DNA of 32,000 nucleotides, from assembly GCA_024275415.1 (NCBI GenBank), contig JAJRZD010000020.1, positions 30,001 through 62,000 on the forward strand. Direction: 5' to 3'. Below the pieces are notes generated by a model. The model was not told the origin of the DNA. It ran no database searches and saw nothing but the letters and a program-made list of their open reading frames with translations. Source of the stretch: an archaeon (lineage in GTDB: Archaea > Asgardarchaeota > Thorarchaeia > Thorarchaeales > Thorarchaeaceae). Below, piece by piece: positions 8,085 to 16,128 of the stretch (positions within the stretch are counted from its first letter, which is position 1; each line of letters starts with the position of its first letter). A program made the position numbers and the translations under genes.

Positions 8085-8202
8085 TGGTGCGGAGGGCGAG
8101 ATTCGAACTCGCGATTCGTGTGGGAACCGGGTTTCGATTCCCAAATCACTACTGAACTAGGCCCTCAACCTAGCGCCTTTGACCTGGCTTGGCAACCTCC
8201 GC
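8085..8202 (-). tRNA. trnL-GAG: tRNA-Leu(GAG) with a 30-nt intron in the variable arm (8115-8144); CCA encoded
   Basis: The minus strand reads GCGGAGG-TT-GCC-AAGCCAGGTCAAA-GGC-G-CTAGG-TT-GAG-GG-CCTAG-TTCAGTAGTGAT[intron]TC-GCGAG-TTCGAAT-CTCGC-CCTCCGC-A-CCA. The anticodon is at 8164-8166. Confidence 0.95.
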
Positions 8203-8406
8203 GTTGTATCCCAAGAGGGTTCCAAGCTGCTCGAGAATATATATGAGGGTTTTGCGAGCAGTTCCTGCCAACCCACATTAATTCCAATGATAAGGATTTC
8301 TATTAGTCCCATAAATAAATGATACCAGTAGACATACAACAGCAGTCAACCTATTATCATTTGTTGAGGATGACGGATTCCAATGGTAGAAAGGAGTCTG
8401 ATGTAA

Positions 8407-8454
8407 GGACCCGCCCCATTGAGGTCGAGGGAGGCAGGGTGTGGGGGCGGGTCC
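8407..8454. other. GC-rich inverted repeat (11-bp perfect stem) overlapping a G-tract run in the intergenic region
   Basis: GGACCCGCCCC (8407-8417) pairs with GGGGCGGGTCC (8444-8454) around a 26-nt loop. Confidence 0.6.
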
Positions 8455-8665
8455 GAGGCAGGGAGAAGTATGAAGGCCTTTATTCAAGGCCACAATATAT
8501 CATGATGATTTGAGAATTTAAGCCCCTGAGATAAATGAGGTTCGATTAGAAAGGTAAGATTTGGACAGATGTGTCAGGAAATGATAATCAAAGTGTAGTT
8601 CGAGCAACATGTTGATTAGGGACTTGTAATGATGCTTTAACAGGAACATTCACAGGTGATACCAG

Positions 8666-9664
8666 ATGAGTACTCCGAAAATTGGCGTGATAGGAACTGG
8701 CAACATGGGTCGGATTCATTCGAGAGTCTTGAGTGAGATGCGGATGTTGGCAGGGGTATCAGACATCAATATCGATTCTGCAACAAGGATTGCAGACCTT
8801 TATGATGTGCCAGCCTTTGAGGAGTACCATGCAATGATTACAGAAACTGAACTCGATGGCGTGATCATTTCGACTCCAACATTCACACATGCCAAGATTG
8901 CCGAGGATATCGCCAAGAAGCATCCTGAGATTAATGGGATAATGATAGAAAAGCCCCTTGCAAGCAAGTTGGAGGACGCCAAACGGGTCGCTAAGACATT
9001 GAGGGGTTGCAAGATACCTACCATTGTATCACACACTGAAATCTACAATCCTATTGTTCGAAGGGCACTATCACTTCTTGAAGAAGGGGCAATCGGTATT
9101 CCGAAGAACATCATCCATGACCGCAGAGGTTTCGTACAGCCCACAAGAGTACAATCGTTAGGAGATGTTTTTGAAGACCTAGGAGTGCACGACTTTGACA
9201 TCATGACTCGCATTAGCCAAGGACCAGCCAGACTTTATGCTCAGGCGAGGAAAGAGGGAGGGGTCTATAATGCAGGAACGGTAATGGTCACCTTTGAGAG
9301 TGGCACAGAACATTGTTTCCATCTATCACGGGAGTATGCAGGCCGTGCAAGAATGATGAATGTTTCGGGAAGTAAGGGTACGCTCATTCTAGATCTTTTT
9401 GCACAAATCATTTACGTCAAGGATCTTGATCAGGAACCCCTTGCCGAAGAACGCACGATTCGTCTGCCAGAAAGAGGGGCAACCATCAAGGTATATGGAG
9501 AGCCTGTGCGAGAGGTTCTGATGGATTTCATACGAATGCTTGAAACTGGTTCCCAGCCAAAGGTCGGATTGGAAGATGGGATAAACACACTGAGGATAAT
9601 CGAAGCCGCAAGAGAGAGTGCACGAACAGGAAAGGTCGTAAACATCTCTATCAATTCGAGGTGA
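8666..9664 (+). CDS. Gfo/Idh/MocA family NAD(P)-dependent oxidoreductase (possibly a nucleotide-sugar dehydrogenase)
   Basis: Rossmann motif IGVIGTGNMG, STPTFTH, IEKP and DLGVHDFD. Confidence 0.9.
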   Translation: MSTPKIGVIGTGNMGRIHSRVLSEMRMLAGVSDINIDSATRIADLYDVPAFEEYHAMITETELDGVIISTPTFTHAKIAEDIAKKHPEINGIMIEKPLASKLEDAKRVAKTLRGCKIPTIVSHTEIYNPIVRRALSLLEEGAIGIPKNIIHDRRGFVQPTRVQSLGDVFEDLGVHDFDIMTRISQGPARLYAQARKEGGVYNAGTVMVTFESGTEHCFHLSREYAGRARMMNVSGSKGTLILDLFAQIIYVKDLDQEPLAEERTIRLPERGATIKVYGEPVREVLMDFIRMLETGSQPKVGLEDGINTLRIIEAARESARTGKVVNISINSR

Positions 9665-10943
9665 TTTTCCCGACCAGATGTGTCTTTTTTGTATCAGTTA
9701 TGGTTACTTCAATGGGCTCGCCGATTGGCGAATTGCCTTCAACTATGACCAGTTTGTAGGTGTCTGTTCGACCTTTGAGTTGGTTATTCGCTGTTTTTCC
9801 GGTGATGATGACAGAGCCTCTCCAGCCAAGCCAGAATGAATTAGCCTCCCTAACAAGCTCGTCCACAAGAAGAGACAGCTGACGACTTCGTCGCTTCTTT
9901 GTCTGAGTGTGTACTTTTTTCTTTGACTTCGATGCTGGAGTTCCTGGCCGATCCCCATATTTTGAAATATTGATTACCGAAGGTCTGGTTTCTCGAAGGA
10001 CATCCACCGTCATTTCAAAATCTTCGTCTGTTTCCCCAGGATGCCCCACAATGATATCCGTTGCAATTGTTGCCTGTGGGAACCTGTTCCGAATTGCCCC
10101 AATGACCAGTTTCCACTCGTGCACAGAATACTTCCGGTTCATCTCCTTCAGAACATTGTCGGATCCCGATTGAAGAGGGACATGAAAGAATTGAAAGAAA
10201 TGAGGCGAGGACATAACATCAAGAACGGGTTCAATCTTGTCAAGAATCAGATTCGGGTTGAACATGCCCAGTCTAAACTTGTGACTGCCATCAATCTCTG
10301 CAATTGTTTGTAACAAGTCAACAAGGCTCTCACCTGAGTCGTATCCGAATGCTCCAATGTCTTGGGCCGTAAGTCGTATTTCCCTGAACCCATAATGTAC
10401 GCATCGTCGCACGACATCACGTATCTCTGAAATGGTGTAGCTTCGTACATTCGTACGAGCGAATCGTACTGCACAGTATGAGCAAGCACCGATACACCCC
10501 TCACAAATGGGGATTGTGCATATGACGGTGCCAGTGGGACTCTCGTAGTAGCGTAGCTTCGAGCTGGTATCTGAATCAAGGTACATTATGCCAGAATCAC
10601 CCTGAAGGATTCTCAAAACGATAGAGCCAAGTGAGTCAAGAGATTGAGGACCGATTATTGCAGCGAAATTTGGGATCGCCTTCGTGACTCGCTGTAACGA
10701 TATCCGTGGAAGGCATCCTGTGACAACAACGGGAACAGGATGCTGAGAAAGCGTTTCTAGTCGACTGATTATCTTGTCTTCCGTAGGTTCTTTGACACCA
10801 CAGCTGTTCAGGATTATGATATCTGATGATGTGATATCATCACTGCGCTCAAGACCCATCTGGTGCAGCCTGCCAATGATGAGATCGGAGTCCGCTATGT
10901 TCAGGCTACATCCGTAAGTTTCAAGATAGAATCGATATATCAT
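9651..10943 (-). CDS. mtaB: tRNA methylthiotransferase, MiaB-like/archaeal MtaB (ms2t6A37) type
   Basis: N-terminal UPF0004 domain (ETYGCSLN, NSCGVK, VTGC), CxxxCxxC (CIGACSYC), QSGSD, TDIIVGHPGE and a C-terminal TRAM domain. The likely start is ATG 10943. The 3' end overlaps the convergent oxidoreductase by 14 bp. Confidence 0.9.
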   Translation of the reverse strand: MIYRFYLETYGCSLNIADSDLIIGRLHQMGLERSDDITSSDIIILNSCGVKEPTEDKIISRLETLSQHPVPVVVTGCLPRISLQRVTKAIPNFAAIIGPQSLDSLGSIVLRILQGDSGIMYLDSDTSSKLRYYESPTGTVICTIPICEGCIGACSYCAVRFARTNVRSYTISEIRDVVRRCVHYGFREIRLTAQDIGAFGYDSGESLVDLLQTIAEIDGSHKFRLGMFNPNLILDKIEPVLDVMSSPHFFQFFHVPLQSGSDNVLKEMNRKYSVHEWKLVIGAIRNRFPQATIATDIIVGHPGETDEDFEMTVDVLRETRPSVINISKYGDRPGTPASKSKKKVHTQTKKRRSRQLSLLVDELVREANSFWLGWRGSVIITGKTANNQLKGRTDTYKLVIVEGNSPIGEPIEVTITDTKKTHLVGKITSN

Positions 10944-10947
10944 CGGA

Positions 10948-11229
10948 CTAACCACCTTGAACATGGGGCAAGATGATTATCTCATCATCCGGATGCAATG
11001 CAGTCCGAATGCCGCCGAGATTGGAAACATCCTTCATGTTTAGCATGAATATCAGATTCCCACTGACACGGCCTTCATCCATGAGCAGTTCCTTTGCGGG
11101 AACCCCCCACCTTTCGATGAGTGCCTCTACAACATCGTTCACTGTAGCATTTTCGGGCAATTCGAGCGATATCCACTCGTTGCCTATCAGCCTACGTAAT
11201 GGACCAAACGTCTTAACCTTGATTCGCAA
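10948..11229 (-). CDS. Ubiquitin-like MoaD/ThiS/SAMP sulfur carrier
   Basis: A 93-aa beta-grasp pattern (IKVKTFG...LPENATVNDVV...D-EIIILPHVQGG) ending in diglycine. Confidence 0.93.
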   Translation of the reverse strand: MRIKVKTFGPLRRLIGNEWISLELPENATVNDVVEALIERWGVPAKELLMDEGRVSGNLIFMLNMKDVSNLGGIRTALHPDDEIIILPHVQGG

Positions 11230-11264
11230 GTGTCGACCCCTAATACATCATTCAAGCATGTCCA

Positions 11265-11639
11265 CTATTCAGACTTTTGATAGAACTCAATCAGCTCATC
11301 GGTCATTGAAGCCACTGCTTGCACAATCGCGTCTATCTGCTCTCTGGTGGCTGCATTGACATGAATGCCCACTGATACAAGGACAGGTATCTGCAATACC
11401 TGACAGATTGATTCAGCAGAAGAATTGGCAACAAGATAGTCCTTATGGCCCGGAGCTGTAATCGTATTCACACTGACTGTCGTTGCATCTCGGTAGTGGC
11501 TTTTTGTTGGATAGGCAAGAGCTACTCCACCAATATGATGCTCGTCACCTCCATAGATTGCCACCAGAAGATCAGAACCAATCCTTTGATGAGAAAGGAC
11601 AAGTTCTATTCCGTTAATAGACCGCGTGATCATCGCCAT
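11265..11639 (-). CDS. Small conserved protein resembling the LpdD / proteasome-assembly-chaperone-like family
   Basis: Conserved-looking motifs GG-x2-HIGGVA, GHKD and VGIH-x3-AT-x-EQI. The family name is recalled from memory, not searched. ATG 11639 follows AGGTGG. Confidence 0.65.
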   Translation of the reverse strand: MAMITRSINGIELVLSHQRIGSDLLVAIYGGDEHHIGGVALAYPTKSHYRDATTVSVNTITAPGHKDYLVANSSAESICQVLQIPVLVSVGIHVNAATREQIDAIVQAVASMTDELIEFYQKSE

Positions 11640-11666
11640 GCAAACCACCTTTCGGATTATGTGCCA

Positions 11667-13220
11667 TTATCCTTGTTGTTTTTGCTTGTGAATCCTCCAT
11701 GACAAGGTCAGGGACTTCGGATGAGCAGCATAGTACTCGTCCAACCTACGAATGGCAGTGGAATGTGGTGCAGATTTCACTATATCAGGACTTTCTCGTG
11801 CCTCTTTTGCGATTTCCCTGTACACCTCAATCATCAGATCAAGTTCTTCTTTAGATTCAGTTTCTGTAGGTTCTATCATTAATGCCTCATTAACGATTAG
11901 CGGGAAGTAGATGGTCGGGGCGTGAATGCCAAAGTCCAACAACCGTTTCGCAATATCCATAGCAGTGATACCTGTCGATTCCTTGAGAGCCTCAGCAGAG
12001 ATGACACCCTCGTGCATACGAGGAGCATCCTTTGAAAAGGGGAGCGTGAACCCATCTAGATTGCTGATATGGTGGGCGACATAGTTCGCATTGAGTACCG
12101 CGGTTTCGGATACTTTCTTGAGACCCTGTTTCCCTAACGCCAGCGCATACGCATAAGCACGAACTAAGACACCAAAGTTGCCATAGTAGGACTGGACATG
12201 ACCAATAGACTGGGGAAGGTCATAATCAAAAAAGAAGCTCCCATCATTCCGTTTCCTAATCCTAGGAATTGGAAGGAACTGCTCAAGCTCCTTGACCACG
12301 CCAACAGGACCAGCTCCAGGACCACCCCCACCATGAGGGGTCGAGAATGTCTTGTGTAGGTTCAGATGTACCACAGCAACACCCATGTCGCCCGGACGGG
12401 TGATGCCCATAATCGCATTGAAATTGGCGCCATCATAGTAGAGTAGGCCCCCCGCATCATGAACAATCCCAGATATCTCCCCGATGTTCTTCTCGAACAC
12501 TCCGATTGTGTTGGGGTTGGTCAGCATCAGTCCTGCCGTGCTAGAACCAGCCGCTTCCTTTACTGCATCAAGATCGACGAGTCCTTCCTTGTCTGAGGGA
12601 ATCACGACAACTTTGTAGCCGGCCATTGCAGCAGATGCAGGATTGGTTCCATGCGCAGCGTCAGGAATGAGCATCTCAGTTCGTTGCTCACATTCCTCAG
12701 ATATGCACTTGTGATAGGCACGGATGATAAGGACACCTGTGAACTCACCCTGCGCTCCAGCAGCAGGTTGCAATGTGATTGCGCTCATCCCTGTTATCTC
12801 AGAGAGCCATTGCTCAAGTTCCCACATGATCTCTAGCGAGCCCTGTACTTGAGATTCGTCTTGATAGGGATGCGCCCATAAAAAGCTAGACAAATTCGCA
12901 CTGAACTCATTCTCTGCCGGATTGTATTTCATAGTGCAGCTGCCAAGGGGATAGGTGCCCTGAGTGACCGAGAAGTTCATCTGAGACAGGCGCGTGAAGT
13001 GTCTGACTACTCTAGGCTCAGAAACCTCGGGTAGGTTAGGAGCGTGTTTTCTTTTCAGCACATCAGGAATCAGTGTGTCTATATCTCCCACCATGTCGAT
13101 GATGTCACTGTCAATCGACGGAAAGGTATGACCAATCATTCCAGGCTCAGACAGTTCAAAGATTAGAGGTTCTTTCCAATACGCCTGCCTAAAGCGCCGA
13201 GATGATATCCGGTCAGCCAT
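11667..13220 (-). CDS. gcvPB: Glycine dehydrogenase (decarboxylating) subunit 2
   Basis: Motifs PLGSCTMKYNP, AGAQGEF, AHGTNPASA, YYDGAN, the PLP lysine motif NLHKTFSTPHGGGGPG and EPTETES. Confidence 0.97.
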   Translation of the reverse strand: MADRISSRRFRQAYWKEPLIFELSEPGMIGHTFPSIDSDIIDMVGDIDTLIPDVLKRKHAPNLPEVSEPRVVRHFTRLSQMNFSVTQGTYPLGSCTMKYNPAENEFSANLSSFLWAHPYQDESQVQGSLEIMWELEQWLSEITGMSAITLQPAAGAQGEFTGVLIIRAYHKCISEECEQRTEMLIPDAAHGTNPASAAMAGYKVVVIPSDKEGLVDLDAVKEAAGSSTAGLMLTNPNTIGVFEKNIGEISGIVHDAGGLLYYDGANFNAIMGITRPGDMGVAVVHLNLHKTFSTPHGGGGPGAGPVGVVKELEQFLPIPRIRKRNDGSFFFDYDLPQSIGHVQSYYGNFGVLVRAYAYALALGKQGLKKVSETAVLNANYVAHHISNLDGFTLPFSKDAPRMHEGVISAEALKESTGITAMDIAKRLLDFGIHAPTIYFPLIVNEALMIEPTETESKEELDLMIEVYREIAKEARESPDIVKSAPHSTAIRRLDEYYAAHPKSLTLSWRIHKQKQQG

Positions 13221-14611
13221 TATTGCGCACCCTCCATAATATCACTGACAGCTGAAACAAGCTCGTCAATTGTTTCTCTGGTGTGAATCTCCGTAACACA
13301 CAAGAGCATTGATTCTCCGAATTGAGGAAATTGATCCGATAATATGACTCCACCATGAAGATTGCGTTTCAAAAGCTCTTTGTGTACGGTTTCAGCTTTG
13401 ATGCCTTGAAAGCTGACAACGAATTCCTTCCAGAAGGGACCGTCGAGAGCAGGGGCATTGACGCCTTCTATCTGGTCAAGCCTCTTTGCTGCATAGTGTG
13501 AATGGTAGAGGATGGTTTCACCAAGTTCCCTGAATCCGGACTTTCCCAGTAGAGATGTGTATATGGCTGCTTGAACCGCCATGAGTGCTTGATTCGAACA
13601 GATGTTACTTGTCGCCTTTTCTCGACGAATGTGCTGCTCACGAGCGCTGATAGTAAGGACAAACCCTCGATCATGTGGTTCATTGATTGTCCGAGTCATG
13701 CCCACGAGCCGTCCGGGCATCTGAAATACAAGTTTGCGATTATTGACACATCCAAAAACACCAAGTAACGGGCCACCATAGGACATTGGAATACCCAGTG
13801 GCTGTCCCTCGGATATCACGATGTCTGCTCCGTAGTCACCAGGGGAACGGACGACCCCAAGAGAGAGTATGTCGACTCCTGCGATGACCAGAGCGCCTGC
13901 ATCATGTGCAATACCTGCAATCTCATCAACCTGAGTTTCGAAGGTGCCAAGATAAGAGGGGTTCTCAATGTATATTGCCGCCACTGAGGAGTCCATCTTC
14001 TCATTCAAATCATCGAGGGACATCAATCCGGTTTCATGATCAAAGGCAACGAGTTCAAGGTCGATACCAACTGGCTCGGTGTATGTTTCGGTGACCTTGA
14101 GGTGAACTGGGTTCATCGTTCTTGGAAAGAGCATCTTGTTACGTTTCTTCACGCGTACAGCCATTCGCACAGCTTCTGCAAGAGATGTTGCCATATCGTA
14201 CATGCTACTATTGACTACATCAATGTCAAGCAGTTCCGCCATCAGACTTTGGTATTCAAAAAGCGTTTGGAGCATTCCCTGACTGACCTCTGGCTGATAA
14301 CTAGTGTATGCAGTAACGAATTCTGACCTACTCCCCAACGAAACCACCGCAGCCGGAATATAGTGAGGCGCAACTCCCGCTCCAAGAAAGGCTCTTCCAT
14401 CATTTACAGGCTTGTTCTTCCTGCCGAGTTCCAAAATTCTATTCGTAACCTCAATCTCCGAACGCGAATCGGGGATATCGAGATCATGTCCCAAACGAAA
14501 TTCATCAGGGATGTTTGCGAAGAGGTCAGTGATATCCTTCATGTCTATTGACCGGAGCATTTCCTGCCGCATCTCGTCTGTCGTAGGAATCCAAGGATGT
14601 TTCCAACTCAT
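13220..14611 (-). CDS. gcvPA: Glycine dehydrogenase (decarboxylating) subunit 1
   Basis: Motifs FLGAG, YTSYQPEVSQG, NSSMYD, GQPLG, PGRLVG and REQHIRREKATSNIC. The likely start is ATG 14611, since the ORF-track extension to 14740 looks non-coding. TAATG overlap with gcvPB. Confidence 0.96.
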   Translation of the reverse strand: MSWKHPWIPTTDEMRQEMLRSIDMKDITDLFANIPDEFRLGHDLDIPDSRSEIEVTNRILELGRKNKPVNDGRAFLGAGVAPHYIPAAVVSLGSRSEFVTAYTSYQPEVSQGMLQTLFEYQSLMAELLDIDVVNSSMYDMATSLAEAVRMAVRVKKRNKMLFPRTMNPVHLKVTETYTEPVGIDLELVAFDHETGLMSLDDLNEKMDSSVAAIYIENPSYLGTFETQVDEIAGIAHDAGALVIAGVDILSLGVVRSPGDYGADIVISEGQPLGIPMSYGGPLLGVFGCVNNRKLVFQMPGRLVGMTRTINEPHDRGFVLTISAREQHIRREKATSNICSNQALMAVQAAIYTSLLGKSGFRELGETILYHSHYAAKRLDQIEGVNAPALDGPFWKEFVVSFQGIKAETVHKELLKRNLHGGVILSDQFPQFGESMLLCVTEIHTRETIDELVSAVSDIMEGAQ

Positions 14612-14764
14612 TGGTATCCACACCATCGTCCTGTTGGTGATTCTCTCGAAAACTATCTGCCAATTAGACTTTTGCATTGTCCTGCAAAAAAAGATCTGAA
14701 CCAGTCGCATGATTTTTAAACAGAGCAAATATCTGCACACGCCAGTTCATAGGTGGACAGATGC

Positions 14765-15085
14765 ATGAAGCAATGGCTTATGGAAATCCTTGCGTGTCCT
14801 GCAGAGAATTGTGGGAACAAGTTGAACCTTGATGTGTTCACGAGTCATGTGGTCAAAACAAACACAGAAGAGGTCAAAGAAATCGATGAGGCATTGATAG
14901 TCTGTCCAAAATGCGGTCGATGGTATCCTGTCATTGAAGGGATCGCCTGCATGTTACCCGATCATCTCCGGATGAGCGGAAAACAGAGAGTCGAGGAAAC
15001 AAAGTTCCTCCAAAGATGGAAAGACAAACTGGATTCCTCAATTCTCAACGAGGGAAAGCCTTTTGGTCTTACATCCACCTCGTAG
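14765..15085 (+). CDS. trm112: Trm112 family methyltransferase activator
   Basis: MK-x2-LMEILACP...C and CPKCGRWYPVIEGIACMLP form the Zn-ribbon signature. ATG 14765 follows AGGTGG. Confidence 0.9.
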   Translation: MKQWLMEILACPAENCGNKLNLDVFTSHVVKTNTEEVKEIDEALIVCPKCGRWYPVIEGIACMLPDHLRMSGKQRVEETKFLQRWKDKLDSSILNEGKPFGLTSTS

Positions 15086-15092
15086 AGTCACT

Positions 15093-15200
15093 AGCCCCGT
15101 GGTGTAGCGGTCAATCATATCGGGTTTTGGAGTCGCATAGACTCATTCTATGCGATGAAAGTCCCCGGTGACCCAGGTTCGAGTCCTGGCGGGGCTACCA
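15093..15200 (+). tRNA. trnQ-UUG: tRNA-Gln(UUG) with a 32-nt intron at canonical position 37/38 (15131-15162); CCA encoded
   Basis: Acceptor AGCCCCG/CGGGGCT, anticodon stem TCGGG/CCCGG, anticodon TTG at 15127-15129, T-arm CCAGG-TTCGAGT-CCTGG. Strict BHB with central helix TTTT/GAAA and a 9-bp intron stem. Confidence 0.95.
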
Positions 15201-15229
15201 CTTCAACCTGCGTCATCGGTTAGTGGGAA

Positions 15230-16066
15230 CTACTCTCTTGGTACACTGCTAACCAAGTCACGATGAAGACGTTTCACTTGCGAGAGTACTAGACGTTCAC
15301 CATTGACAAGCACCTCGACATTGATGTGCTCTTTAAGACCGCTTGTAGATAGCTTTTTCATGAGAACACCTTCGACTTGGAACACACCAGCGGGGTTATC
15401 CATAGCTACTGTAATCCGCATGGGTTTGTCAGTTCCTTTCTCGAGGTGGACATCTTGAATAGCCATAGCACTTACGCTATGAATGTCAACCTTGCCTTTA
15501 TGAAAGGGAACCATTGTGCGCCCCTTGCTCATATCCGAGCCATCTCCAATCTTTGTGACACCAGCCTCAAAGGTCAGACATTGAATGTCATCATCATGAG
15601 AGTAGATTCCGTGGAGGATGGCCGAGAGAATATCAGTGGACTTCCCAGGGTCATCATAGATGTGATCCAGCTTCTTCTCCAGAATGGGAGCTGCAAGATG
15701 TATTGCGGCCTGGTAGTGCTCTTTCCGGTGTATCACCATTCCAAGATCGTGAAGATATGTCGATGAAAGAACAACCAGTCGTGCGTCATCGGAGTCGCCG
15801 ATACCTTCTGCGACGATATTGGGTTTGAACGTTTCGTCTAGGATGTCAAAGGCACGTAATGCATTCCAAGTTGCCACTTCAGCATGGACATGCCCATGAT
15901 CAGTGTACCCTAATCGTGCGACAGCCATCCGATTTGCTGTGCGCAGATAGGATTGGACGCGCGGAGAACCGCTGAGATATTGGTACATCTCAAGGGATTT
16001 CGTGTTCGGCTTCAACAGTGTGCGAGGGCTTACTTTCTCTCGATTGAAGGGTTCGGTGGAATTCAT
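15230..16066 (-). CDS. HD-domain metal-dependent phosphohydrolase (archaeal COG3294-like)
   Basis: Motifs LGYTDHG-x-VH, YLHDLG, H-x3-H, HD, and IGDGSDM-x-KGR. Confidence 0.85.
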   Translation of the reverse strand: MNSTEPFNREKVSPRTLLKPNTKSLEMYQYLSGSPRVQSYLRTANRMAVARLGYTDHGHVHAEVATWNALRAFDILDETFKPNIVAEGIGDSDDARLVVLSSTYLHDLGMVIHRKEHYQAAIHLAAPILEKKLDHIYDDPGKSTDILSAILHGIYSHDDDIQCLTFEAGVTKIGDGSDMSKGRTMVPFHKGKVDIHSVSAMAIQDVHLEKGTDKPMRITVAMDNPAGVFQVEGVLMKKLSTSGLKEHINVEVLVNGERLVLSQVKRLHRDLVSSVPRE

Positions 16067-16080
16067 AATAAAAGACCCCG

Positions 16081-16101
16081 AGGGACTCTAGAGGAGTCCC
16101 T
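16081..16101 (-). terminator. Hairpin between the ribophorin-like gene and the HD gene
   Basis: AGGGACTC-N5-GAGTCCCT is an 8-bp stem. On the minus strand it is followed by CGGGGTCTTTTATT and then the next ATG. Confidence 0.35.
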
Positions 16102-16128
16102 AGGAGCTGATAAGGATTCCGCAAGGGA

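Noticed and set aside
14612-14740. N-terminal extensions given by the ORF track for gcvPA (also FEN1 28518-28640, radical SAM 3574-3624, mtaB 10944-10964, Zn-finger 28617-28670)
   Set aside because: They do not look like the family N-termini, they overlap promoters or neighbouring genes, and downstream starts match the expected beginnings.
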